Below, piece after piece: positions 29,509 through 37,982 of a DNA stretch of 41,098 nt. Below the pieces are notes generated by a model, which made no database searches, had not been told where the DNA came from, and saw only the letters and a list, made by a program, of their open reading frames with translations. How positions within the stretch are numbered: position 1 is the first letter of the stretch; every line of letters begins with the position of its first letter. A program made the position numbers and the translations under genes. The DNA is taken from contig JAYGDX010000129.1 of assembly GCA_046582655.1 (NCBI GenBank), positions 1 through 41,098 on the forward strand, given 5' to 3'. Source of the DNA: Candidatus Poribacteria bacterium (GTDB lineage Bacteria; Poribacteria; WGA-4E; UBA9662).

Positions 29509-29900
29509 ACTATCTGCCTCCTCTGATGAATTGGATTCCAGATTTTAACATGGCAGACTCAGCATGTCAACGGTGGACATAACAACCAGAATCAGAATAA
29601 CAAAAACGTTTATTCCAGAATTTTTGGCTTAGATCTCTTAAGCTACGGTGGTTCATCATTATGTATTCTGTTGTTGCTCGTATGGCACTAATAAGAGCAG
29701 GTAGGATATAATATTTATTTAGACTCGGCATTTTACTCGAATTAAATAGATTTACAGTTAATATTCCGCTAATTTGGTTTTGATGCAGGGTATGATAGAG
29801 ACTTGCAACAGTTGATAGATAATTTTAACTAGACAAATCCGTATATTAATTTGTCCATCAGCAGAGATAAAACTTCGGTATCACTACAGCAGGAGGAGGC

Positions 29901-30692
29901 GTGAAATCTACCATTCAGATTTCCGATCAGCAGAAGCTACAGTTTGAAACGGACGGATATTTTGTACTGGAAAACGTTATTCCCGGTCAATTTCTGGATC
30001 TGCTTCGCGGTCAATGTCAAAGATTTATCGATCAGATAGATGTTGAGATGGATCGGCAAGGTACTGATGTAATGGGAATCAATCATCGTAACAAACGCTA
30101 TTTTGTCTCGAATTGCTTCCGGCAACAACCAAAACTCCGTCAATTCTTATTTAGTAAAATGATGGCTGACATCTGTCGTGCCGCGCTTGGCGAAAATGTA
30201 TACCTTTTTTGGGAACAGTACGTGGTAAAAGGTGCAAAGGAAGGAATGGCGTTTAGTTGGCATCAGGACTCAGGTTATATTGGTTATCCTGATCACAGAC
30301 CCTACTTGACATGCTGGTGTGCATTAGATGACATGTCGGAGGAAAACGGAACTGTGCACGTGATGCCTTTTTCTCGTGTTGGTATTCGATCATGGGTGCA
30401 ACACATCCGTGATGAAGGTACCAACGATCTGATAGGATACTTTGGTCAAGATCCCGGAGTGCCAGTTATTGTTCCTGCTGGTAGTATTGCCGTGTTTACC
30501 AGCATTAATTTTCATTCCAGCGGTACCAACCAGACTAGCAATCTACGACGGGCATATCTGGCACAGTATTCCGCTGAACCGCTTTTAAGTCGCGATCAGA
30601 CACGGCTGTGGGGTAATGCTGAACCGCTACTCATTGATGGTGAAATGGCTGTGGGATCACCTCCTCCGGACATACCCTCTAATTTTAAGTAA
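29901..30692 (+). CDS. PhyH-family Fe(II)/2OG dioxygenase
   Basis: QFETDGY, FSWHQDSGY, WCALDD...NGT, FHSS, RRAYLAQY; GTG start after AGGAGG. Confidence 0.92.
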   Translation: MKSTIQISDQQKLQFETDGYFVLENVIPGQFLDLLRGQCQRFIDQIDVEMDRQGTDVMGINHRNKRYFVSNCFRQQPKLRQFLFSKMMADICRAALGENVYLFWEQYVVKGAKEGMAFSWHQDSGYIGYPDHRPYLTCWCALDDMSEENGTVHVMPFSRVGIRSWVQHIRDEGTNDLIGYFGQDPGVPVIVPAGSIAVFTSINFHSSGTNQTSNLRRAYLAQYSAEPLLSRDQTRLWGNAEPLLIDGEMAVGSPPPDIPSNFK

Positions 30693-30774
30693 CCGCATCA
30701 ACATCAGATTAATTGGTGGGAGTAACCTAAACCAGACGTAACTTTGCAAATGGTTCATAACTAAAGGGAAGATT

Positions 30775-31764
30775 ATGCTTGGTGTTCAAATGCTGGGAAA
30801 TGAAACAGTTTCGGTTAAAGATTATCCGGAACCAGTACAAAACCAAGGTGAGATTTTAATTCAAATTAAAGCGTCCGGAATCTGTGGCAGCGAAATGCAC
30901 GGCTATCGGAGTCATTCTGCTCAGCCGTTCAATGGTGGACATGAAGTGGCAGGAGTTGTCATCGATGCCGGAAATTCAACACGGTTCAAAGTTGGAGATC
31001 ACCTTGGCGTTCATGCTGTTTGGGGTTGTGGGAATTGCCGATGGTGCGATGTTGGGAAATATACTTTTTGCGATCAACGGTCAACCTGCCCCGGTACGCA
31101 TGCAGAACAGCTTGCCGCACCAGAACATACTTGCCTCAAATTACCGGAGGATATTCCTTTTGATGTCGGAGTTCTCCTGACTGGCGACGGTTTGGGCGTT
31201 CCATACCATGTCAGCCAGCGATTGAACACCAAAGGAGGAGATGTTGTCTGCATTGTTGGTGCAGGTCCAATTGGTCTCGGTAATGCAGTGATTCAATCTT
31301 TTTTTGGCGCGGAGGTTGTTGTCATCGATATTAACTCGTATCGCCTTTCTCTGGCGGAAAAGTTTGGTATAGCGCACACTATTAACTCACAGGAAATCGA
31401 TCCTTTAGAAGCAGTTTCAGAAATTACCCAAGGAATGCTAGCAGATAAGTGCATTGAAGCTGTTGGGCGTTCCGAGACACTCAGGTTAGCTCTGAGACTG
31501 GTGGGAAAATCCGGGACGGTGATGGCCATTGGTGAACAGGGAGATGTGCCGATTAGTCCCAGCAGTGATTTGATTCGCCGGGACATTACTTTAATGGGAA
31601 GTTGGTTTTATCATTACTCGGAGTATCCTTCTATGCTTGATCTATATCGGCGCGGACTGCCAATCGGTCAAGTAATTACGGATCATTTCCCGCTCCTTGA
31701 AGCACAAACGGCTTTCAATCAATTTGCTAATGGAAATGCTGGGAAAGTCATACTAGAACCTTAA
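30775..31764 (+). CDS. Zn-dependent alcohol/sugar dehydrogenase (MDR, threonine/sorbitol dehydrogenase-like)
   Basis: GICGSE, GHE, structural-Zn CGNCRWC...C, VGAGPIG. Confidence 0.92.
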   Translation: MLGVQMLGNETVSVKDYPEPVQNQGEILIQIKASGICGSEMHGYRSHSAQPFNGGHEVAGVVIDAGNSTRFKVGDHLGVHAVWGCGNCRWCDVGKYTFCDQRSTCPGTHAEQLAAPEHTCLKLPEDIPFDVGVLLTGDGLGVPYHVSQRLNTKGGDVVCIVGAGPIGLGNAVIQSFFGAEVVVIDINSYRLSLAEKFGIAHTINSQEIDPLEAVSEITQGMLADKCIEAVGRSETLRLALRLVGKSGTVMAIGEQGDVPISPSSDLIRRDITLMGSWFYHYSEYPSMLDLYRRGLPIGQVITDHFPLLEAQTAFNQFANGNAGKVILEP

Positions 31765-31834
31765 AACAGTTATTTCCTTTAACATTCAAAATTATTCATA
31801 CATAATCTGGAAATTTTCTTATTATGGTTAGCAC

Positions 31835-31866
31835 TTGACATTACCTTACCGGGTGGTTAGTATAAT
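31835..31866 (+). promoter_or_regulatory. Sigma70-like promoter with a CsoR/RcnR-type operator-like sequence in the spacer
   Basis: TTGACA at 31835-40; TAGTAT at 31858-63 (17-nt spacer) or TATAAT at 31861-66 (20-nt spacer). The spacer TACCTTACCGGGTGGTTA has the TAC-C/G-tract pseudo-palindrome typical of CsoR-family operators. Confidence 0.6.
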
Positions 31867-32143
31867 GACTGGTTCTCATAGCCATACCAACACAAAACAG
31901 ATTGCCAATCGATTCTCAAAAATCGAAGGACATGTTAGAAGCATCAAAGAGATGGTTCTATCCGAACGGGATTGTTCGGAGATCCTAATCCAAATTGCAG
32001 CTGTACAGTCCGCTTTACAGAAGGCTGGAAAAGTTGTTCTGGAAGAACATTTGGAACACTGTATCGTTGAAGCAATACGAGAAAATGACCAGAAAGAACC
32101 ACTGGATAAATTCAAAGATGCTTTGTCCAAATTTATTCGCTAA
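31865..32143 (+). CDS. CsoR/RcnR-family metal-sensing repressor (InrS-like)
   Basis: NRFSKIEGHVRSIKEMV, RDCSEILIQIAAV, EEHLEHC and N-terminal HSH, giving an H-C-H-C ligand fingerprint. The ORF-track TTG start at 31835 coincides with the -35 box. Confidence 0.9.
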   Translation: MTGSHSHTNTKQIANRFSKIEGHVRSIKEMVLSERDCSEILIQIAAVQSALQKAGKVVLEEHLEHCIVEAIRENDQKEPLDKFKDALSKFIR

Positions 32144-32168
32144 ACATGATCGATGAGGTTAAAGAAAA

Positions 32169-32351
32169 ATGCATGAAGGCGGACATGGAATTCTAGACGG
32201 TGTCAAGAAAAAACATCACGACCACGATCATGACCATAAACATGATCATAGCTATGGATCAAGTCTTACCACCAGAGTCTCAGCCGGCGTCATTACAGCA
32301 GCTATCATTGTTGCCTTTCTTCTGTGGAAATTGTTTCTCTCGCCCAATTAA
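32169..32351 (+). CDS. 60-aa His-rich single-pass membrane peptide
   Basis: GAGG RBS; MHEGGHGIL, HHDHDHDHKHDH and one C-terminal hydrophobic helix; fills the gap between repressor and ATPase with 25- and 18-bp spacers. Confidence 0.8.
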   Translation: MHEGGHGILDGVKKKHHDHDHDHKHDHSYGSSLTTRVSAGVITAAIIVAFLLWKLFLSPN

Positions 32352-32369
32352 GCAAGGAAGAGCATATTC

Positions 32370-34391
32370 ATGCATGAAGGTGACCACGGCATCCTGACAA
32401 GCCCAGATTACGCTGAGGCAAACAGGCTGAAGCGATACAAAAAATTTATCTTTCCAGTCAGCTTGTTGATTCTTATTACACTGTCGGCTATCCAGAGTGT
32501 ATCAGGACTGTTAGAAAACCATGTCGATCTTGCAATCATCCCCATGTTATTAGGTGGTGGTTTCATTACCTATACGACTTTGATATCGACCATCGACAAG
32601 AAGCAGATTACGGCAGGACTCTTGGTTGTTATAGCCTTGTTTGCTTCGGCCATTGCAGGTGAGTATCTGGCAGCTTCCATCGCCGCCTTTATCATGATCA
32701 GTGGTGAATTCTTGGAAGATCTAACTTTGGCCAAGACTCGGAATGCGGTTAAGGAACTGATTGAACTGGTACCCAACGAAGCATGTGCTTTCCGACATAA
32801 TCAGTGGGTTGAAATTCCAATCTACCAGATTCGTCTGGACGACTTAATCCTAGTAAAACCGGGCGAGAGAATTCCAATAGATGGACAGATTGTCAAAGGC
32901 AATGCGGTGGTTAATGAATCCGCCTTAACTGGTGAATCTATGCCGGCAGACAAAACGGTAGAAGACATGGTATTTGCTGGTACGATCAATGAGATGGGCG
33001 CGATTGAAGTTACGGTGACCAAAGTCGGTGGTGATACTGCTATTGGTCGAATCATTGATGTCGTCTATCAAGCTCAGGAAAACAAGGGACGCACACAGAG
33101 AGTTGCCGATCGATTCGCACAATATTTTACACCTCTGATTTTAGCTGTCGCTGCGATTATCTTTTTCACAACTTTAGCAGTTCATCAAAATTTCGATCAG
33201 CTAGGAGCTTTTGCTACAGGGTTATCAACTGTTGGTTTTATTCCTGAAACGGATCCAGAAATTCTTCGAAAGATTGCTGTCATCAATGTTACAGCAGTTC
33301 TCTTGATCGCCTGTCCATGCGCGCTAGTTCTGGCTACACCGACTGCAGTTATAGCTAGTGTTGGCAATGCCGCTAAGAAGGGAGTACTCATCAAAGGCGG
33401 GATCACGGTTGAAACGGCGGGTCAGATTGACACAATTTGTTTCGATAAAACAGGCACTCTAACATGTGGTAAACCACAAGTCGTCGCTTTCGAATCTTTC
33501 GGTGTGAAGTCAGAGCAAAAAGTACTGCAACTAGCACTAACTGCTGAGATCCAATCTGAGCACCCGGTGGCTAAAGCTATCATCAACTACGCTCAAAATC
33601 AGGGTGTCGAACCTGAATCCATTAATCAATTTGAGCAGGTGTTCGGCATTGGTGTCAAAGCAACACTGAATCCAGATCAAGAAATTTGGGTGGGCAATTG
33701 GAGGATCTTAGAGCAAGATTGGATTGCCCCCAATCCGTTGGCCAACAAGTTCCTTAAGCTACAAGAGTCTGAAGGTAAGACCGCTTTACTTGTTGCACTC
33801 AATGGTCAGATTCTAGGTGGAATCGCGGTGGCTGATACAGTCAAACCAAATGCTAGTCAAACAATTAAAAAGCTTTATCAAACTGGAATTAAAAACATTA
33901 TAATGCTGACTGGCGATAATGAAACCAATGCTAGAGCCATTGCAAAACAGGTTGGCATCGATACGGTCAAAGCAGCATTGTTACCGGAAGAAAAACTAGA
34001 AGTCATTCGGCAGATTCAGTCAGAAAACCGGATTGTTGCCATGGTTGGAGATGGTATCAATGACGCACCGGCTCTTATGTTATCGGATGTTGGCATCGCT
34101 ATGGGGGCAGCTGGTACCGACGTCGCTATTGCATCAGCTGACATTGTGTTGATGAATGATAACTTGGAATTAATGCATAACATTCTCAGTTTAAGCAGAA
34201 GGACACTTGGTATCATTAGACAAAATATCCTTGGGTTCGCAGTTGGAATGAATGTAATTGGAATCCTGTTGGCGGGTAGCGGTATACTTTCACCGATTAT
34301 GGCTGCTGTTGTGCATAATATTTCTTCTGCTTTTGTCGTTTTAAACTCCGCACGCCTCTTGCGTTTTGGGGAAATTGAGCATCGTCACTAA
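32370..34391 (+). CDS. P1B-type heavy-metal-translocating ATPase without an HMA domain
   Basis: TGES, ACPCAL, DKTGTLT, SEHP, LTGDN, MVGDGINDAPAL; last TM reads AAVVHNISS. Confidence 0.95.
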   Translation: MHEGDHGILTSPDYAEANRLKRYKKFIFPVSLLILITLSAIQSVSGLLENHVDLAIIPMLLGGGFITYTTLISTIDKKQITAGLLVVIALFASAIAGEYLAASIAAFIMISGEFLEDLTLAKTRNAVKELIELVPNEACAFRHNQWVEIPIYQIRLDDLILVKPGERIPIDGQIVKGNAVVNESALTGESMPADKTVEDMVFAGTINEMGAIEVTVTKVGGDTAIGRIIDVVYQAQENKGRTQRVADRFAQYFTPLILAVAAIIFFTTLAVHQNFDQLGAFATGLSTVGFIPETDPEILRKIAVINVTAVLLIACPCALVLATPTAVIASVGNAAKKGVLIKGGITVETAGQIDTICFDKTGTLTCGKPQVVAFESFGVKSEQKVLQLALTAEIQSEHPVAKAIINYAQNQGVEPESINQFEQVFGIGVKATLNPDQEIWVGNWRILEQDWIAPNPLANKFLKLQESEGKTALLVALNGQILGGIAVADTVKPNASQTIKKLYQTGIKNIIMLTGDNETNARAIAKQVGIDTVKAALLPEEKLEVIRQIQSENRIVAMVGDGINDAPALMLSDVGIAMGAAGTDVAIASADIVLMNDNLELMHNILSLSRRTLGIIRQNILGFAVGMNVIGILLAGSGILSPIMAAVVHNISSAFVVLNSARLLRFGEIEHRH

Positions 34392-35598
34392 TAATCTACT
34401 CCAACAAGCTGCCCATATTCTGAGCAATCTGATCCAGATTCCAACGGTAGCGGGTACCGATCAAGAAAGCCAAGCGGCAACTTACCTGCTCGACACTGCC
34501 AATAAAGCTGGACTCAATGGCCGAGTTGTCGAGCCTCAGCCAGGCAAAGGATCGTTCATCGCCCATCTCCCTGGAGAATCAGAAGAATGCCTGTTGCTTC
34601 TCTCCCACCTTGATGTTGCTACCGTCAATCAACCAGATAATTGGAGATACCCACCATTTAGCGGAAAAATTACCGATCAAGCTGTCTGGGGGCGAGGTGC
34701 TATTGATTGTAAGGGGCTTGTCGTTGTATGGTTGGTAATACTGTATCTACTACATAACCTTAAAAGACCACTTCAACGAAGCGTGACTATGATTGCGGCT
34801 GCTGACGAAGAGTCGGGTGGGAATTGGGGAACCAAATGGTTGATGCAGAATATCCCCGAATGCCAAAAAATCCGGTGGGCATTAAACGAAGGTGGTGGGT
34901 ACCCATTAGTATTTCGGCATCGAAATTTTATCACTTGCCAAACTGGTGAAAAAGGGAGGATATTGCTTCGGGCAAACGATCCACCCCTAGATTCACCTCT
35001 ACCCTCGAATTCTAAATTCAAGGCACCACCCACACCTTCAACTAGGCGAATGCTTGAGAAGATACTGCCCAAACCGATCTCAAAACGCTTTTTATCTTCT
35101 GGAATTGCCAGACTCTATTTGCGGTATCTTCAAAAAGGAGCACCATATTCTCTTGATCCTGATCAGTTGTTCCAGCATGAAGTCAATTTTGAATTGCATG
35201 ATCAAAGTGTCGATTTAAAAATTCGCACTATGCCTGGAACTGATAGCGAGGAGTTGATAATGGCTATTATTGACGATTATGATTTAGATCAACTTCAGTG
35301 GACTGAAATCTCAAGAACGGATGCGACCGAGTCCCCACTTGACAATCAATTGTATAATCATATCCAAGTATCACTAAATAAATTTTTGCCGAACCACCAA
35401 ATTATCCCGCATATCACGCCGGGGTATTCTGACAGCCGATTCCTGCGTCGAATAGGTATTCCCGCCTACGGGTTTTTCCCTCTGTTTCCAGATGCACCAT
35501 TAACTTCCCAGCATAGTGATAATGAGTTTTTGTCATTTGCTACGCTTCGACAGGCGATTGAAATATTGTTTGATGTCGTCACTCAATTTTGCCTATAG
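34366..35598 (+). CDS. M20/M25/M40 metallopeptidase/deacylase (start uncertain; overlaps the ATPase end)
   Basis: SHLDV, WGRGAIDCKG, ADEE, NEGG, GEKG, SDSRFLR, HSDNE; all metal ligands are present. Confidence 0.88.
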   Translation: MGKLSIVTNNLLQQAAHILSNLIQIPTVAGTDQESQAATYLLDTANKAGLNGRVVEPQPGKGSFIAHLPGESEECLLLLSHLDVATVNQPDNWRYPPFSGKITDQAVWGRGAIDCKGLVVVWLVILYLLHNLKRPLQRSVTMIAAADEESGGNWGTKWLMQNIPECQKIRWALNEGGGYPLVFRHRNFITCQTGEKGRILLRANDPPLDSPLPSNSKFKAPPTPSTRRMLEKILPKPISKRFLSSGIARLYLRYLQKGAPYSLDPDQLFQHEVNFELHDQSVDLKIRTMPGTDSEELIMAIIDDYDLDQLQWTEISRTDATESPLDNQLYNHIQVSLNKFLPNHQIIPHITPGYSDSRFLRRIGIPAYGFFPLFPDAPLTSQHSDNEFLSFATLRQAIEILFDVVTQFCL

Positions 35599-35707
35599 GT
35601 ACGTTTGTAAATGACGTAAAGACACCTAAAAAGAACCATGTCTCATATACCGAAACGGTAATCATACCTTTCCATCTCAATCAGAGTTTATCGGATAATT
35701 CAACCTT

Positions 35708-36934
35708 ATGAGTTTAAGACCATCGATCTGTGCAGAGAAATTAGCCCCTTCCCCCACACTAGAAATTAAATCTATCGCGGACGCACTCAAAAAAGAAGGG
35801 GAAATAGTCTATGACTTTGGCGTCGGTGAGATGAATCCAGAGATAAAACTGCCTTCTATCCTAAAAACGGCAATAGCTGAAGCAGTAATGTGCGATGCCA
35901 CCCACTACTCACCGGCCGCTGGCGATCCAGAGTTGCTGTCGGCAATAAGTTAAGTATCGATCTTCACCGTTTTAATTTGACTTATCCTCCTTCTCAGATT
36001 GTGGTTTGTCAGGAACCCAAAGATGCCTTTTTTAAGGTCTGTCTGACCATCATGGGGCAGTCTTCACTTCGTAATCGGCTTGTTACATTTGCACCCGTTT
36101 ACGAATCCTATCAAAATATACCTGTGCTGCTGACGGGGCAACCGCCAATTCTTTTACCAACAGATCGCCACTTCTTGCCAGATCCCAAACAGTTGGAAGA
36201 TCTATTGAGGCGAGACCAAACCATTGCTTTGATCGTCCTGAATTCGCCAAACAATCCATCTGGAGCTGTATATCCACTCGGCCTTATTCAAGAAATGGCA
36301 GGTATCATAGGCCAGCACCCAGAAGTCGGTATCATCTCAGACGAGGTTTATCGAACTATTTTGTATGACGATCATCAACATGAAAGTATCGTTACTTATT
36401 TACCCGGCCAAACTTTCGTTTTAGGAGGAATGTCAAAAGAAATCTTAGGAACTGGATTCCGATTAGGATTCGTCGCTGGACCAGAAACCATATCACAAAC
36501 CATAGCAATAGTTGAAGGCAATGTCTCTTCCTGCGTCAATTTACCAACGCAAAAGGGGTACGCCCACTTCTTACCACAGGACGCTAACCTACAATTATGA
36601 TACGAGATTCGCGATCAACTCCGACAGCAGCGGGATTTACTGTTACAACGTTTCCGCCAACTGGTTGACCAAGCCACTTGGGATTCCCCACCGGGTGCAT
36701 ACTACTTTTTTCCTGATATGCATGCCTATTTGGAAAAAAAAACGCCGATAGGAACCATTATTCAAGACGATCAAGACTTAACTCTTTTACTTGCTAAACT
36801 CGGCTAATGTTGTTACAATCCCAGGCAGCAAGTTTGATTGTCCGGGACATCTTCGCCTGGCTTATTCGGTTAATCCATCAACCATTGAAATTGGTGTTCA
36901 ACACTTGGCGAAAGCTTTAAATTGTCTACAGTAA
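35708..36934 (+). pseudogene. Class I PLP-dependent (aspartate) aminotransferase pseudogene
   Basis: SPTLEI, FGVGE, THYSPAAG, NSPNNPSGAVY, ISDEVY, SK..GFRLG, GAYYFFPD, HLRLAYS. Lesions: TAAGT tandem duplication at 35946-55 (frameshift), in-frame TGA at 36598-600, +1 frameshift at the T-run 36785-88; true stop TAA at 36932-34. Confidence 0.88.
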
Positions 36935-37149
36935 CAATCAGACAGGTTGAAAATGAAACGGGGAAAGAGATAAAAATTAATAGACGCCTTCTTCTTGTCA
37001 CTAGTTTTAGCTATATGTTATTTGATTCCGTACCATTGGCCGACTTTTCGCACCGAGCAGAAATGCCTTAGCTTGGAATGGCAAGGATAACGATAATAAG
37101 GTAGTGACAACAAGGTTCGTATATTGTGGCTGTAACTGCTGGAGGCCAA

Positions 37150-37956
37150 ATGGAAACAAAAGTGAAATTCCAAAGATGTGTTTGCCCTATTCTGTTTCTA
37201 TTCCTACTTTATGGTTTTCTGATGAAAACGGATGCTGCTCAAAAAATAGCAGTAGTCGATTTCGCTGATCAATGGACTCAAGTTGATGCCTTACGACAAA
37301 CGCTGGATGAATTCAAGGTTCAATACGATGATTTAACCGAAGATATAGAGAATGGGAAACTTAAGTTTGAAGTTGAGCATAAACTGTTCTTTATTGGTAG
37401 CATGACAACCAATGATCCTAAATTGCACCAAAGCCTTGACGATAATGCCCAAGAGATACAAGACTTTGTTAAAAATGGGGGTATTGTGATTGAACCAACC
37501 CAAGCGGATCAAAACGAAGCCAACGTGGATTGGTTGCCGAACGGACTACAATGTATCCGCAGCGACCGGGACTCGAAGGACTTCAAAATTCTGAAAGCTG
37601 ATCATTCACTTTTTGTTGCCCCAAACAAAATGGGGAAAAAAGAGTTCCAAGGATGGGGACATCAAGGATGGCCAACGGTTTGGGAAGTTATTGCTAGTCA
37701 GAAAGGCTTTGACATCATCATGGAAAGCATCGGAAATCCCGTCATCATGGAAGCAGATTTTGGCAAAGGTAAATTTGTCATGATGTCGCTGGCACCAGAC
37801 AAGTACCATATTAAAGGCAATGATGAAAATACTAAGAAGATGGCGGGTAAGTTTATGGAGAACATTCTTGAAGCCTATAAGCCAAAAGCAGTCGATGTAA
37901 AAAGCAAACTCGCCTCGAGATGGGCAGAACTAAAGTCACACTCAGTTCCACATTGA
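37150..37956 (+). CDS. Secreted hypothetical protein (class I glutamine amidotransferase-like fold possible) with a C-terminal AVxxxxKLxxxWxxLK tail
   Basis: GGAGG then ATG at 37150; signal peptide ending TDA-AQ; IQDFVKNGG and FGKGKFV; C-terminus KAVDVKSKLASRWAELKS. Confidence 0.75.
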   Translation: METKVKFQRCVCPILFLFLLYGFLMKTDAAQKIAVVDFADQWTQVDALRQTLDEFKVQYDDLTEDIENGKLKFEVEHKLFFIGSMTTNDPKLHQSLDDNAQEIQDFVKNGGIVIEPTQADQNEANVDWLPNGLQCIRSDRDSKDFKILKADHSLFVAPNKMGKKEFQGWGHQGWPTVWEVIASQKGFDIIMESIGNPVIMEADFGKGKFVMMSLAPDKYHIKGNDENTKKMAGKFMENILEAYKPKAVDVKSKLASRWAELKSHSVPH

Positions 37957-37982
37957 AGTCTGCAATGCAATGGCCTTATAAA

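Noticed and set aside
30573..30628. Repeated GCTGAACCGCT in the PhyH 3' region
   Set aside because: Encodes AEPL twice; short coding coincidence.
31835..31864. ORF-track TTG start for the CsoR-family gene
   Set aside because: The TTG is the -35 box TTGACA and the extension covers the operator-like spacer; ATG 31865 gives a normal family length.
32200..32397. Alternative 65-aa ORF overlapping the His-rich peptide
   Set aside because: Off-frame reading of the His/Asp codon run (ITTTIMTINMII), GTG start without a clear RBS; the 32169 frame has an RBS, a motif and a TM helix.
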